64,000 bases of DNA from Caulobacteraceae bacterium (GCA_965279095.1 CBDIHH010000002.1:20438-84437); one strand, 5' to 3'; counted from the first letter of the stretch, positions 34,928 through 48,210 are shown. Notes: generated by a model not told the origin, from the sequence alone. Translations and numbers: made by a program.

Positions 34928-37302
34928 CTGAAACTATTATCCTCTTGCGGATCTACCGCTCCCAATGTGGCCAGGGTTAGGCGAACCGTCAGCTGGGACG
35001 ATGGCACGAACGACCGGTCATAGGTTCCGTTACGCTCATAGACGATTTCCAGCCGCGTGCACTCATCCTTGTACAGCACGCCGAAGGAGCGGTAGACCTC
35101 GACGTTCTTGTCCAGATCGAGGTTGAGCTGACCCAGCAGGCCCCATTTCTTGGTGATGAGCACTTCGCCCTGCACCTGCAGGTCCTCACGCCGGGATCCC
35201 GACAGGTCGACCTCGTCCACCAGGTAGCGCAGATAGGCATAGCCCTTGGTGGTGAAGTAGCTGCCCCCGACCTCGGCCCGGCGCACCTTGTAGGTGCTGT
35301 CGGCGAGTCGCGCGCGGGCGTAGAGGGTCAGGTTAGGGTTCAGGGTCAGCGAGCCGGCGGTGATCCAGTCGGACTTGGTGTCGCGCAGGCTGGTGCGGGC
35401 GGCGAAGGTGGGGTCGGCCTCGGCGCGGAAGCTGCGCCCGGCCATCAGCCGGGTCTGCAGGCCCCAGGCCCAGTCGGCCGAGACACGACCGCCGACATTG
35501 ACCCGCTGGCCGCCCTCATAGAGGTCGAAGCCCGGCGACTTGTTGCGCTCGAACAGGTTGGTCTCGTCGAAGTCGAAGACCACGCTGTCTTCGTTGGGCA
35601 CATCCTTGTAGCGCCGGTTGGTGGGCGACAGGGCGATCTGGGCCAGGGGCTCCAGGATCACGGTGACGTCCTTGGTGGCGCGGATGAAGGGCCAGCTGAG
35701 GTCCACCCCCGCGGTGCCCAGGGCCCGGGTGAAGGTCCCGTTGGACCCGTCCACCGTCGGGCGGTCCTGCACGCGATAGGCGTCGCCGCGCACGTCGGCG
35801 AAGGGCTCGATCCTCAGCCCGCCGCTGGTGGTGAACGACCGCCGCCAGTCGCCGCCGAGGGAGACCCGCGCGCTGTCCACGCCGGACAGCCGGGGGTTCA
35901 GGGGTCGGTTGGTGAGGGGGTTGCCGGCGTCGCGGTCGCGGACCAGGGCCACCGCGCCGCCCAGCACTCGCAGGCGCCCGCCGAAGATGGCCTGTTTGGG
36001 CTCGTAGCGGGCCTCCACCAGGGGCGCGACGATGGGGATGTTGCGATCGTTGTCGGTAAGCCGCAGGCCCTGAACGGTGAAGGCGGCGACCGACACATAG
36101 GAGCGCCGGTCCTGCCGCACCGCATAGGCCTGGGAGATCAGACGCTGGTCGTCGGTGAGGTAGAGGCCGCGGTTGTGATAGACGTCCGGCACGCTGTAGC
36201 GGCGGAACAGCAGGTCGTCGGAGGCCCGCTCGGCGGAGAAGCCCAGGGTCCACTTGCTGTTTGGCTTGAAGGCGCCTTCGCCGAGGATGTAGCTGCGCGC
36301 CGTGGTGTCGCCGAACTTGCCGGACTTGCTGGTGAAGTCCTGGTCGTAGCCGACGCCGAAACGCATATCGATCTGGCCGGACCAGAAGCGCTGGCGGTAT
36401 TCGCCGTTCAGGAACGGGTTCACCGCCGTGTTCAGCTGCGGGCTGAGCACCAGGTCCTGGCTGGGGGACAGGACCAGCAGATAGGGCTGCTCGTAGGTGG
36501 CCCCGCGGCGTTCGGTATAGTCCAGCTTGGGCGGCAGCAGGCCCGACTTGCGCACCGCCATGGGATCGGGGTGCCAGAACACCGGGGCGAACAGCACCGG
36601 CACCCCGGCCACGGTGATCACCGCGTCGCGGTAGTAGACAATCTGGCGCTTGCGGTCCTGCACCACCCGCTTGGCCCGGATCGACCAGGTGGGGTTCTTG
36701 GGCGTCACCCCGTCGGACTTGCAGATGTCGCAGGGGGTGAAGACCGCCCGGTTCAGCTCCAGCGAATCGGGACTGCGGCGGATGGCGGCCACCGACGACA
36801 GCTTGATGTTCTGGGCCTGGCGCGTGGAGAAGCCCATGGCCACCCCGGCGCGGAAGTCCTTGTCGAGCACGATGGAGTCGGCGAATTCCGCCGACCCGTC
36901 GGCGTTGACGATCTTGACCCCGCCGCGGGCGGTGACGACCCCGGTGCCCGAGTCGTAGAGCACATCGTCGGCGCGCAGGGTGCGGCCCTGGTAGCGCACC
37001 TCCACGTCGCCCTTGGCGTTCCAGGTCTTGGCCTTGTCGTCGCGCACGACGGTGTCGGCTTCCATATAGAAGCCGCGTTCGGCCAGGGCGGCGTCGGCGC
37101 TGGGGGCGGGGGCCGGGGCGGGCTCAGCGTCGGCGCTGGCCGCGGACCCGCCGCGACCGGCCGACGGCGCCGAGCCTTCCGGAGTCTGGGCGGCAGCCGT
37201 CGTCGCCGCCAGGGCGAACAGCCCGGCGCCGGCGAGCAGGCGCAACCTGGCGTGTCGTGATTTCAGCTGGTCCACCCACGTCCCCAAACACTTAATAAGC
37301 AT
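34924..37302 (-). CDS. lptD: LPS-assembly outer-membrane protein LptD
   Basis: Signal peptide, OstA N-domain and a large beta-barrel. Conserved context. Confidence 0.9.
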   Translation of the reverse strand: MLIKCLGTWVDQLKSRHARLRLLAGAGLFALAATTAAAQTPEGSAPSAGRGGSAASADAEPAPAPAPSADAALAERGFYMEADTVVRDDKAKTWNAKGDVEVRYQGRTLRADDVLYDSGTGVVTARGGVKIVNADGSAEFADSIVLDKDFRAGVAMGFSTRQAQNIKLSSVAAIRRSPDSLELNRAVFTPCDICKSDGVTPKNPTWSIRAKRVVQDRKRQIVYYRDAVITVAGVPVLFAPVFWHPDPMAVRKSGLLPPKLDYTERRGATYEQPYLLVLSPSQDLVLSPQLNTAVNPFLNGEYRQRFWSGQIDMRFGVGYDQDFTSKSGKFGDTTARSYILGEGAFKPNSKWTLGFSAERASDDLLFRRYSVPDVYHNRGLYLTDDQRLISQAYAVRQDRRSYVSVAAFTVQGLRLTDNDRNIPIVAPLVEARYEPKQAIFGGRLRVLGGAVALVRDRDAGNPLTNRPLNPRLSGVDSARVSLGGDWRRSFTTSGGLRIEPFADVRGDAYRVQDRPTVDGSNGTFTRALGTAGVDLSWPFIRATKDVTVILEPLAQIALSPTNRRYKDVPNEDSVVFDFDETNLFERNKSPGFDLYEGGQRVNVGGRVSADWAWGLQTRLMAGRSFRAEADPTFAARTSLRDTKSDWITAGSLTLNPNLTLYARARLADSTYKVRRAEVGGSYFTTKGYAYLRYLVDEVDLSGSRREDLQVQGEVLITKKWGLLGQLNLDLDKNVEVYRSFGVLYKDECTRLEIVYERNGTYDRSFVPSSQLTVRLTLATLGAVDPQEDNSFR

Positions 37303-37347
37303 CAGTCGCCCCAGCCGAACGGCAGACCGCTTCTAGCGGCGGGCAGG

Positions 37348-38454
37348 TTAACCATCTTCCGTATAGCAAAGCAGGGTGAGCCCGGACAGGAGGGCCAGCA
37401 GGGGCGGGGCCCATGCCGCGGCGAAGGCCGGCACGATTCCCGCGCGGCCCAACGCCCCGCACACCTCATTGAAGAAGAAAAAGGCGAATCCGAGGGCGAC
37501 GCCGGCCCCCGCCAGCGCGGCCAGCCCGCCCAGGCGCACCAGGCGCAGGCAGAAGGCCGCCGCCAGCACCGACATGGCGCAGAACAGCAAAGGCATGGCC
37601 AGCAGCTGCTGCAGGCGCAGGCGATAGGCCGTGGCCGCCAGCCCGGCCGCCTCGGTGCGCTGGATCACCCCGGGCAGGGACCAGAAAGGGATGGTCTGCG
37701 GCGATACGTAGCGCTGCAGCGCCGCCGCATCGGTGAGGCTGGACGGGATCGACATGGATTCCGACACCTGGGCGGTCTCGCCGGCGCCGGCCTCGCGCAC
37801 GCCAGTCAGCCGCCATTCCCCCGCCGCCAGGCGCGCCTCGGCGGCGTCGATCCGGCGGGCGAAGTGAAGCAGCCCTTCCTTGTCCAGCTCGTAGATGAAC
37901 AGCGAGACCCCCTCCAGCACGATGCCGGGGCCGGGGCCTCGGGTGCGGGCGTGGATGACGATCTGGGTGTGGCTGCCGCCGCTCTGGCGAAGCCAGACCT
38001 CCTTGGGCGCGGCGGCGACGTAGTCCTTCATCAGCGCGGCGCGGCTGGATTCGAATCGGTCGTTGAGGGCGGCGGCGCCGGGATTGAGGGCGGTCACCGT
38101 GATCAGGCCGATGACGAAGGCGGCGCCCGCGGCGGGCAGGATGAAGCGCCAGGCGGACACCCCGGCGGCGCGCATGGCGATCAGTTCGCTCTTGCGGTTG
38201 AGGCTGACGAAGGCGGCCAGGGTGCCGAACAGGAAGACGAACGGCATCAACACCAGCAGCACCGACGGCGACTTGAGCAGGGTCAGGCCGAAGATCTGAC
38301 CGGCGCCGACCTCGGCGCGCACCCCGACGTCGCGGGAGATCTCGACGAAGTCGATCAGCAGCACCACGGCGCCGAGGATCGCCAGCGCCCCCAGCACCGA
38401 CAGCAGGGTGCGGTTCAGCACATAGGTTTCGAGCCGGGTCAGGGACAGTCTCAT
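37348..38454 (-). CDS. lptG: LPS export ABC permease LptG
   Basis: YjgP/YjgQ-family topology. Overlaps lptF by 4 nt. Confidence 0.85.
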   Translation of the reverse strand: MRLSLTRLETYVLNRTLLSVLGALAILGAVVLLIDFVEISRDVGVRAEVGAGQIFGLTLLKSPSVLLVLMPFVFLFGTLAAFVSLNRKSELIAMRAAGVSAWRFILPAAGAAFVIGLITVTALNPGAAALNDRFESSRAALMKDYVAAAPKEVWLRQSGGSHTQIVIHARTRGPGPGIVLEGVSLFIYELDKEGLLHFARRIDAAEARLAAGEWRLTGVREAGAGETAQVSESMSIPSSLTDAAALQRYVSPQTIPFWSLPGVIQRTEAAGLAATAYRLRLQQLLAMPLLFCAMSVLAAAFCLRLVRLGGLAALAGAGVALGFAFFFFNEVCGALGRAGIVPAFAAAWAPPLLALLSGLTLLCYTEDG

Positions 38455-39593
38455 GCCGGGGCCTTGTCCAGCCCGCCGTGGCCGCGCAGGCGGGCCATGG
38501 GAATGAACCGGTCGACCCTCTGCCGGAAGATCTGCTGTGACGCCCAGACCGCTCCGGCCACGGGGATCAGATACTGCAGGATGTTCAGCCAGGCGTTGTC
38601 GGCGCTGGCGGCCTGGGCGACGAAGCCCAGCACCCGGGCCACGGTGGCGACGCTGGAGACCATGGCAATGCGACGGCCGTAACCGATCCGGCTGAACGAG
38701 CCGCCCAGCACGGCGGCCAGGGCCATGAGCACGAAGGTGAGGTTGTAGAGCGGTCCGGCCAGGCGCGAATGGGCCTCGGCGAGCATGCCGACGCGGTTCT
38801 CGCGCTCCCAGGCCTGAGTCAGGTCGGGGAACAGCAGTTCGTGCAGGTAGCGGTCCGAGATCTTGTAGCGCACCACCTGGTCCTGCTGGACGAAGGGGGC
38901 GAGGTCGAAGATGTATTCATCGAAGGCCAGGTAGTTCAGCACGCCGCCCTTGGAGAACTCCTGCTGAGAGCCGTCCTGCATGACCAGCACCGGCTGGCCG
39001 TTGCGCTCGGCGATGCGCCCCTGGCGGGCGGTGAAGGTCGAGGCCCCGCCGCCGGCCTTCTCCTGGTGGACGAACAGGTTCTCCAGCTTGCCCTGGCTGG
39101 CGACGGTCTTGGCGTAGACGGTGAGGCCCGGCGACGGCTCGGTGAAGCGCCCCTCCTGCACCAGGGTCGAGGCCAGATCCGTGCGCACCTTGAACAGTTC
39201 GGCGCGCATGGCCTTGGCCGAGAGGGGGTGCAGCCACAGGTTCATGACCAGGGCCAGGATGATGGCGAACCCGGCGAGGCGGATGGCGGGGGCGATGACC
39301 CGCCAGCGCGACAGGCCGCCCGCGTAGCAGACCACGATCTCCTGCTCGATCTGCAGCCGGTTCAGCGCCACCAGCGACGCCACGAACAGGGCGATGGGCA
39401 GGATCAGCGACAACAGCTGCGGCAGGGCCAGCAGGGTGATCTTGATGAAGGTCCAGGCGCTCTGGCCATGGTCGACGATGATGTCCAGGGCCGACAGGCT
39501 CTGGCTGAGCAGGGCCACGCCGGCGAGCGACAGCACGGCCAGGGTCGCGGGACCCAGCAGTTGCCGAAACAGATATCGCTCGATCAATCTCAT
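38451..39593 (-). CDS. lptF: LPS export ABC permease LptF
   Basis: MRLIERYLFRQLLGP N-terminus typical of YjgP/YjgQ. Start at ATG 39591-39593. Confidence 0.85.
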   Translation of the reverse strand: MRLIERYLFRQLLGPATLAVLSLAGVALLSQSLSALDIIVDHGQSAWTFIKITLLALPQLLSLILPIALFVASLVALNRLQIEQEIVVCYAGGLSRWRVIAPAIRLAGFAIILALVMNLWLHPLSAKAMRAELFKVRTDLASTLVQEGRFTEPSPGLTVYAKTVASQGKLENLFVHQEKAGGGASTFTARQGRIAERNGQPVLVMQDGSQQEFSKGGVLNYLAFDEYIFDLAPFVQQDQVVRYKISDRYLHELLFPDLTQAWERENRVGMLAEAHSRLAGPLYNLTFVLMALAAVLGGSFSRIGYGRRIAMVSSVATVARVLGFVAQAASADNAWLNILQYLIPVAGAVWASQQIFRQRVDRFIPMARLRGHGGLDKAPA

Positions 39594-39781
39594 GGAATCG
39601 TCAGGGGAGTCGCTGTTAGGGGAGCCGCAGGTCGCGGTCGCTGAGTCGCCGTGAGCCCCCCGCAGGGCGCGCCACCTTCTACACGGCCCAGTTGGGGCGC
39701 GACAACCGCCAGCGGCGACAATAGATAAAGGAAGCAGCCCCTTGGGGCCCAATGCCTTCCCGGCGCCAGGAGACCCTAGAC

Positions 39782-41278
39782 ATGCAGATCGAATTCGTTC
39801 CGGCCGGGCCGGTGGGCGCCGCGGCCCAGTCCGCCGTCGCCGTGCTGGTGTTCGAGGGGGCGATCCTCTCTGCGGCGGCCCAGGCCCTGGACGCGGCCGG
39901 CGGCGGCGCGGTGACCCGGGCGATGTCGGGACGCTTCAAGGGCGCCAAGGCCTCGGGCCTGGACCTGGTCGCGCCGTCCGGCGTGGCGGCCAGCCTGGCG
40001 CTGCTGATCGGGGCCGGCGATCGCGCCGCCTTCGACGAGGCCGCCGCCGAGACCGCCGCGGCCCAGGCCTACCAGTCCGCCAAACTGTCGGGCGCCGCGA
40101 TGTTGGAGCTGAGCTTTGACGGCCTGACCGCCGCCCAGGCCGCCCATGCCGCCCTGGGGGTTCGCCTCGCGGCCTACCGGTTCGACCGCTACAAGACCAC
40201 CCAGAAGCCGGACCGCAAGCCATCCATCGAGAGCGTGCGCATCGTCTGCGCCGATCCCGACGCCGCCGTCGCCGCCTTCGAGCCCCTCAGCGCCGTGGCC
40301 GAGGGTGTCTATTTCACCCGCGACCTGGTCTCCGAGCCGGCCAACATCCTGTATCCCGCCGAGTTCGCCCGCCGGGTGAAGGAGCTGGAGCGGCTCGGCC
40401 TGGAGATCGAGGTCCTCGGCGAGGCCGAGATGGCGGCCCTCGGCATGGGCTCGTTGCTGGGCGTCGGCCAGGGCAGCGGGCGCGACAGCCAGTTGGTGGT
40501 CATCCAGTGGAAGGGCGCCGATCCGTCGGTGCAGCCCATCGCCTTCGTCGGCAAGGGGGTGACCTTCGATTCCGGCGGCATCTCCATCAAGCCGGCCGAC
40601 GGCATGGAGGACATGAAGTGGGACATGGGCGGCGCCGGCGCGGTCGCCGGGCTGATGTGCGCCCTGGCCGGCCGCAAGGCCCGCGCCAATGTCGTCGGCG
40701 TGCTGGGCCTGGTGGAGAACATGCCCGACGGTAACGCCCAGCGGCCCGGCGACATCGTCACCTCCATGTCGGGCCAGACCATCGAGGTGATCAACACCGA
40801 CGCGGAGGGCCGCCTCGTGCTGGCCGACGCCCTCTGGTACTGCCAGGACCGCTTCAAGCCGCAGTTCATGATCGATTTGGCGACCCTTACCGGGGCGATC
40901 ATCGTCGCCCTCGGCAATGACTACGCCGGCCTGTTCAGCAACAACGACGCCCTGGCCGAGGGACTGCTGGCGGCGTCCGCGGCCGAAGGGGAGGGGCTGT
41001 GGCGGCTGCCGATGCCGGCGTCCTATGAGAAGCAGTTCGACAGCCTGGCCGCGGACCTGAAGAACGTGGCCGGCCGCGCCGGCGGTTCGATCACCGCCGC
41101 CCTGATCCTGCAGAAGTTCGTCAACGGGACCCCCTGGGCGCACCTGGACATCGCGTCCACCACCTGGAAGAAACCGTCCAGCAATCCGACGATTCCCGAG
41201 GGCGCGAGCGGGTTCGGCGTGCGCCTGCTCAACCGGCTGGTGGCCGATCGCTACGAGGCGCCCGCTGGCAAGGAATGA
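39782..41278 (+). CDS. pepA: Leucyl aminopeptidase
   Basis: M17 motif [20 protein letters not shown]. Divergent from lptF. Confidence 0.95.
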   Translation: MQIEFVPAGPVGAAAQSAVAVLVFEGAILSAAAQALDAAGGGAVTRAMSGRFKGAKASGLDLVAPSGVAASLALLIGAGDRAAFDEAAAETAAAQAYQSAKLSGAAMLELSFDGLTAAQAAHAALGVRLAAYRFDRYKTTQKPDRKPSIESVRIVCADPDAAVAAFEPLSAVAEGVYFTRDLVSEPANILYPAEFARRVKELERLGLEIEVLGEAEMAALGMGSLLGVGQGSGRDSQLVVIQWKGADPSVQPIAFVGKGVTFDSGGISIKPADGMEDMKWDMGGAGAVAGLMCALAGRKARANVVGVLGLVENMPDGNAQRPGDIVTSMSGQTIEVINTDAEGRLVLADALWYCQDRFKPQFMIDLATLTGAIIVALGNDYAGLFSNNDALAEGLLAASAAEGEGLWRLPMPASYEKQFDSLAADLKNVAGRAGGSITAALILQKFVNGTPWAHLDIASTTWKKPSSNPTIPEGASGFGVRLLNRLVADRYEAPAGKE

Positions 41279-41282
41279 GGCG

Positions 41283-41735
41283 ATGGCCTGCGAGGTCTGG
41301 TTCTATCATCTGGAGCGATCGGGCCTGGACCAGGTGCTGCCGGAGCTGCTCGACAAGACCCTCAAACGCGGCTGGAAGGCCATCGTCCGCACCCCCGACA
41401 GCGCCCGGATCGAGCATCTCGACAGCTGGCTGTGGAGCTATCGCGACGACGCCTTTCTCGCCCATGGCCGGGCAGACGAGCCCATGGCGGATCGCCAGCC
41501 GGTGCTGCTGACCACTGGCCAGGACAATCCCAACGGGGCGCAGGCCCTGTTCCTGGTCGACGGCGCCGAGCCGGGCGACATGGAGGGCTATGCGCGATGC
41601 CTGGTGCTGTTCGACGGTCGCGACGAGGCGGCGGTGGCGCTGGCGCGGCGACGGTGGTCCGCCTTCAAGACCCAGGCCCTGCCGGTCTCCTACTGGCGGC
41701 AGGGCGCCGAACGCGGATGGGAGAAACAGGCATGA
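41283..41735 (+). CDS. holC: DNA polymerase III chi subunit
   Basis: HolC-like sequence immediately after pepA, which is the conserved pairing. Confidence 0.85.
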   Translation: MACEVWFYHLERSGLDQVLPELLDKTLKRGWKAIVRTPDSARIEHLDSWLWSYRDDAFLAHGRADEPMADRQPVLLTTGQDNPNGAQALFLVDGAEPGDMEGYARCLVLFDGRDEAAVALARRRWSAFKTQALPVSYWRQGAERGWEKQA

Positions 41736-42052
41736 GACGCATCATCATCCCCCTGGCGGCCCTGGCCTTATTGGCGGGCTGCTCGTCCAAGCAGGAGCCG
41801 CGCACCGAGCCGCCGCTGCCGAGCTCGCCGCAGCCGAGCCGGCCGCCCGAGGTGCGCAACGACCAGTGCGGCGCCGGCGATCTGGCCTATCTGGTGGGCA
41901 AGCCCAAGAGCCAGATCCCGGTGCCGGTGGACCCGAGCCGCCGGCGCGTGGCCTGCACCACCTGTCCGGTCACCATGGACTACAGTCCCGCGCGGCTGAA
42001 CATCCTGTTCGACGCCGAGACCGGCGTGATCAAGGAAGTCAAATGCGGCTGA
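41732..42052 (+). CDS. Lipoprotein, peptidase-inhibitor I78-like
   Basis: Lipobox LLAGC. C-terminal pattern C..GDLAYLVGKP...CTTCPVTMDYSPARLNILFD...V.C. The ATG overlaps the holC stop (ATGA). Confidence 0.65.
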   Translation: MRRIIIPLAALALLAGCSSKQEPRTEPPLPSSPQPSRPPEVRNDQCGAGDLAYLVGKPKSQIPVPVDPSRRRVACTTCPVTMDYSPARLNILFDAETGVIKEVKCG

Positions 42053-42095
42053 CCCCCCCGGCCCGGCGCCGGACTTCCCCCGGCCGGCGTCCAGG

Positions 42096-43016
42096 GTGAC
42101 GGTCGCTGACCCCACCCACGGCGTCTACGGCGCCCCGCCGCCCGACCTGGCCCTGGCCGAGGCGGACGCGATCCAGCTGTCGCCCACGGTTCCGGGCGCC
42201 CGATCCCTGGAGGACCTCGCCCCAGGGAGTCTAGCCGGAATGGTCATGCTCGCGCCGCCGGGGGCGATCGAGCGGCGCTATGTCCTGGCCCAGGCCCTGG
42301 CCGCCCTGGCTCCCGGCGCGGCGCTGACCGTGCTGGCGCCCAAGGACAAGGGCGGCTCGCGCCTGCGCAAGGAATTGGAGGCGTTCGGCTGCACGGTGGA
42401 GGAGGAGGCTCGCCGCCATCACCGCATCTGCTACGCCGCCGCGCCCGGCGCCCCGAGCGGCCTGGCCGAGGCCATCGCCGAGGGCGCCCCGCGGCTGATC
42501 GAGGCCCTGGGCCTGTGGTCCCAACCGGGGGTGTTCAGCTGGGATCGCGTGGACCCCGGCAGCGCCCTGCTGGCCGCCCACCTGCCGCCCCTGGCCGGGG
42601 ACGGGGCCGATCTCGGCAGCGGCCTGGGCTATCTGGCCCGCGCTGTCCTGACCGCGCCCAAGGTCCGCAGCCTGGCGCTGATCGACAACGACCGCCGCGC
42701 CGTCGAGGCGGCCCGCCGCAACGTCATCGATCCGCGGGCGACCTTCGCCTGGGCCGACGCCACCGGTCCCGACGTCCCTTTGGAGGGGCTCGACTTCGTC
42801 GTCATGAACCCGCCCTTCCACAGCGGCGGTTCGGAGGACCGGGGCCTGGGCCAGCGGTTCATCCAGCGCGCGCACCAGATCCTGCGCCCCAAGGGAACCC
42901 TGTGGCTGGTGGCCAACCGGCACCTGCCCTATGAGCCGATCCTGGCCCAGCTGTTCGCCAGCGCCGAGCGCCGCGCCGACAGCGGCGGCTACAAGGTGTT
43001 CGAGGCGCGCCGGTGA
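42096..43016 (+). CDS. Class I SAM-dependent rRNA (guanine-N2) methyltransferase, RsmC/RsmD-like
   Basis: DLGSGLGYL SAM motif and VMNPPFH catalytic motif. Confidence 0.7.
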   Translation: MTVADPTHGVYGAPPPDLALAEADAIQLSPTVPGARSLEDLAPGSLAGMVMLAPPGAIERRYVLAQALAALAPGAALTVLAPKDKGGSRLRKELEAFGCTVEEEARRHHRICYAAAPGAPSGLAEAIAEGAPRLIEALGLWSQPGVFSWDRVDPGSALLAAHLPPLAGDGADLGSGLGYLARAVLTAPKVRSLALIDNDRRAVEAARRNVIDPRATFAWADATGPDVPLEGLDFVVMNPPFHSGGSEDRGLGQRFIQRAHQILRPKGTLWLVANRHLPYEPILAQLFASAERRADSGGYKVFEARR

Positions 43017-43756
43017 GCCGACCGCCGCTGCCGGGCAGCATGCGGCTCGACCGGCTCCTGGCCAACATGGGCTATGGCTCGCGCAAGGAGGTCTCGGGGC
43101 TGGCCCGCGCCGGCCTGGTGCTGCTGGACGGCGACGCCGTCACGGACCCCGACCGCCGCATCGCCATCACCGCCGACCTGGCCACGCGGATGACCGTGCA
43201 GGGGCGGCCCCTGGACCCGCCGCCGGGCCTGGCCCTGATGCTGCACAAGCCAGTGGGCGTGACCTGTTCGCACAAGGAGACCGGGGCCCTGGTCTATGAG
43301 CTGCTGCCGCCCCGGTGGCGCGTCCGTGAACCGGTGATCTCCACCGTGGGCCGGCTGGACAAGGACACCTCTGGCCTGTTGCTGATGACCGACGACGGCG
43401 CCCTGCTGCACCGGATCATCTCGCCGCGCAGCCACATCGCCAAGCGCTACCGGGTCACGCTGGACCGGCCGATGTCCGGCGAGGAGACGGATCAATTCGC
43501 GTCCGGCGCCCTGCTGCTGGAGGGCGAGGACAAGCCGCTGCTTCCCGCGGTCCTCGAGCCGTTGTCGGACACCGAGGCCCTGCTCACCATCACCGAGGGT
43601 CGCTATCATCAGGTGCGCCGCATGTTCGCCGCCATCGGCAATCATGTCACCGCCCTGCACCGGGACCGCATCGGCGGTCTGACGCTGCCGGGGGACCTCG
43701 AGGCGGGGCAATGGCGGCTGATGACCCCCGGGGATGTGGCGGCGGTGTTCGGCTAG
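43013..43756 (+). CDS. Pseudouridine synthase, RsuA/RluB family
   Basis: N-terminal S4 domain (RLDRLLANMGYGSRKEV) and catalytic VGRLDKDTSGLLL. Confidence 0.85.
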   Translation: MSRPPLPGSMRLDRLLANMGYGSRKEVSGLARAGLVLLDGDAVTDPDRRIAITADLATRMTVQGRPLDPPPGLALMLHKPVGVTCSHKETGALVYELLPPRWRVREPVISTVGRLDKDTSGLLLMTDDGALLHRIISPRSHIAKRYRVTLDRPMSGEETDQFASGALLLEGEDKPLLPAVLEPLSDTEALLTITEGRYHQVRRMFAAIGNHVTALHRDRIGGLTLPGDLEAGQWRLMTPGDVAAVFG

Positions 43757-43806
43757 GAGACATCGGTCGGTTGAGCGATGCTGTCGCAACCCGCTCAAAA
43801 TAAGGT

Positions 43807-43848
43807 CGTCATCCTGGGGGCTCGCTATTGCGAGACCCCAGGATGACG
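43807..43848. repeat. Short palindrome sharing the family D termini
   Basis: CGTCATCCTGGGGGCTCGC-tatt-GCGAGACCCCAGGATGACG. Confidence 0.85.
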
Positions 43849-43880
43849 GCCATTGGGAGAGCGTTACTCACGGCCCCTAG

Positions 43881-43910
43881 ACGGGGACGATCGGGGTGGG
43901 GTTGGGCGAT
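43881..43910. repeat. Solo right end of a family E element
   Basis: GGGGACGATCGGGGTGGGGTTGGG resembles CCGGGACGATCGGGGTGGGATTGGG at 52345-52370. Confidence 0.6.
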
Positions 43911-43916
43911 TCTGTC

Positions 43917-45938
<2,022 letters not shown>

Positions 45939-46066
45939 AGGAGATTTGGCGGGCGGGGGAAGTGCAAACCGGAAGGTTTCGCGCTACGCGAACAACAGCG
46001 ACCCTTGGTCCAAAATGTCGGGACCCGATACGCCGCTCGCGCGTTGCTTGCGCGAAAGAGAGTCCC

Positions 46067-46480
46067 ATGAGCACACCCATCCTCATCATTGAGGACGAAA
46101 TCTTCCTCGCCCTTGATATCGAACGCATCCTCGAGGACGCCGGCTATGAAGTCGCGGGCATCGCTGCGGACCGGGCCGAGGCCATCGCGGCGGCGGCGTC
46201 GGCGCGTGTCGCCTTCGTCGACATCAATCTGCGCGACGGGCTGACCGGGGCGCTGATCGCCAACGATCTGGCCGAGGCCTACGGCATCACCGTGGTCTAC
46301 GTCACGGCCAACCCGTCGCAGATCAACCCGCGCGCCCCCGGGGCCTTGGGCGTGGTTGAAAAGCCGTTCCGGGACAGCGCGATCCTCCAGGCGGCGGCCC
46401 TGGCGACGGGTCGCGAGCCGGCCGGCCAGGTCGAGCCTCGGGACGTGCGGTTGTTCCCGGACTTCAGCCCCCCCGCATAA
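46067..46480 (+). CDS. Single-domain response regulator
   Basis: Receiver residues IIEDE, FVDINL (phospho-Asp), YVTAN, EKPF. No output domain. Confidence 0.8.
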   Translation: MSTPILIIEDEIFLALDIERILEDAGYEVAGIAADRAEAIAAAASARVAFVDINLRDGLTGALIANDLAEAYGITVVYVTANPSQINPRAPGALGVVEKPFRDSAILQAAALATGREPAGQVEPRDVRLFPDFSPPA

Positions 46481-47975
46481 GCGAGTTGCGCGGCGCATCC
46501 ATGGTGAGGTGAAGCCCCTCGGGCCGCCACGCGCGGGTCAGAGAGCCGCCCAACTGGCGCAGCGCCGTCATCTCCACCAGTTGCGTTCCAAAGCCGGTTT
46601 TCTCCGGAGGCGCCACCGGCGGCCCTCCCGACTCCCGCCAGTCGAAGCGAAATCCGCTCTCCGTCTGGCTGACCGACAGGTCGATGACCCCCTCGGAGCG
46701 TGTCAGCGCGCCATATTTGGCCGCGTTGGTGGACAGTTCGTGGAACAGCAGGGCCAGCGGCGTCGCCGCCCGGTCGTCGATCCTCGGATTGTCCCCGGTG
46801 ATGCGCACGCGCTCCTGCCCCTCGACGGCATAGGGCTGGAAGATTTTTCGCAGCATGCCGTGGAGACTTCCCTCGTCGACCTTGGGCATGGACTCCGCAG
46901 AATGCGGACGCACGAAATCGTGGGCCCGCCCCAGGGCGATCACCCGCCCGCGCAGGTCCTCGGCCATGAACCTGGCCTCGGGATGGCGTCTCATCGCCAG
47001 GCTGATCATGCCGGCGATGATCGCGAAGATGTTCTTGATCCGGTGGCTGAGCTCCTGGCTGACCATCTGCCGCTCCTCCAGCAGGCGCTTCTGGTCATCG
47101 ATGTCCGTGCAGGTGCCGAACCAGCGGGAGATGGCGCCGTCGGCGTCCCGCATCGGCAGGGCGCGGCCCAGGGTCCAGCGATAGTCCCCGGACACATGGC
47201 GCAGGCGGTATTCGATCTCATAGGGGTCGCCGGTGGCCAGGGAATGGCGCCAGGCGGCCCAGGCCCGCTCCTGGTCGTCCGGGTGGAACATGTCGTTCCA
47301 GGCCTCGCCGTCGGTGGAGCCGGGCGGCGTGCCGGTGAAGGCGTACCAACGGGCGTTGTAGTAGTCGTGGAACCCGTCCGCCCGGGTCGACCACACCATC
47401 TGCGGCATGGTGTCGGCCAGGACCCGGAACCGGCTCTCGCGGTCGGACAGCAGGCGCTCGACCTCGTCGCGGTCTCCGGCCCGCCGCGCGTCCTCGCGCC
47501 GCAGGTTCAGCAGAGCCATGACCTGCCCGGCCATGACCGTCAGGCCCTGCGCCTGAAGCGGCGTCAATCCCTCGCGCGGGGCGGAGTCGATCACGCACAG
47601 GGCCCCCAGGGGCGCGCCCTCGGGCGACCTTAAGGGCGCCCCGGCGTAGAAGCGGATGAACGGGGGGCCGGTGACCAGGGCGTTGTCCTTGAACCGGCCG
47701 TCTAGCCGGGCGTCGGGCACCACCATCAGCGCGTCGCCGCGCATGGCGTGCTGGCAGAACGACGTCTCGCGGGGTGTTTCCGCCGCCGCCAGGCCCGCGC
47801 GGGCGATGAAGCGCTGGCGGTGCGCCTCGACCAGGCTGATCACGCAGATCGGCGCCTCGCACAGGGCGGCCCCGAAGGCCGTCAGGTCGTCGAGCGTGCC
47901 GTCCTGTTCGCGGGGGCCGATTTCGTAGGCCGCGAGGGCCTCGAGCCGGAGGTCTTCATCAAATTCGCCGAGCAA
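46464..47975 (-). CDS. GAF-PAS sensor histidine kinase of the HWE/HisKA_2 type
   Basis: GAF region (FCQHAM...FYAGAPL), a PAS domain, an [11 protein letters not shown]-box and an HWE-type ATPase region. Probable TTG start. Confidence 0.8.
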   Translation of the reverse strand: MLGEFDEDLRLEALAAYEIGPREQDGTLDDLTAFGAALCEAPICVISLVEAHRQRFIARAGLAAAETPRETSFCQHAMRGDALMVVPDARLDGRFKDNALVTGPPFIRFYAGAPLRSPEGAPLGALCVIDSAPREGLTPLQAQGLTVMAGQVMALLNLRREDARRAGDRDEVERLLSDRESRFRVLADTMPQMVWSTRADGFHDYYNARWYAFTGTPPGSTDGEAWNDMFHPDDQERAWAAWRHSLATGDPYEIEYRLRHVSGDYRWTLGRALPMRDADGAISRWFGTCTDIDDQKRLLEERQMVSQELSHRIKNIFAIIAGMISLAMRRHPEARFMAEDLRGRVIALGRAHDFVRPHSAESMPKVDEGSLHGMLRKIFQPYAVEGQERVRITGDNPRIDDRAATPLALLFHELSTNAAKYGALTRSEGVIDLSVSQTESGFRFDWRESGGPPVAPPEKTGFGTQLVEMTALRQLGGSLTRAWRPEGLHLTMDAPRNSLMRGG

Positions 47976-48087
47976 GGGTAGCGCCTATCAAGAGGCCGCG
48001 ACCACGGCGGCAAGCCAAACGTCAACGCGCCAGAGGGCGCCCGGTTCGCGCCGCCGCCCCCGTCGCGGCCCCTCCATAAGCCGAAAA

Positions 48088-48102
48088 GAACATATTGCGA
48101 AC
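48088..48102 (+). promoter_or_regulatory. LexA operator (SOS box) of recA
   Basis: GAACATATTGCGAAC equals GTTC-N7-GTTC on the other strand. It lies 109 nt upstream of the recA ATG, in an AT-rich promoter region. Confidence 0.8.
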
Positions 48103-48210
48103 CCGGAACAAAATGTGCACATTGGGTCTCGGTCGGCGGGGGATTCGGTCAGCGGGGCCCACCACGGATCGCGGCGTGATCTTGCAACTCGTGCAATAAG
48201 GACACCTTCG

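Noticed and set aside
38227-38242. GAAC-N8-GAAC inside lptG
   Set aside because: The spacing is wrong (8 rather than 7) and the site lies within coding sequence.
48106-48120. Second SOS-box-like site GAAC-N7-GCAC next to the recA operator
   Set aside because: The second half-site is imperfect, so I cannot tell from sequence whether it binds LexA. Only the perfect box is reported.
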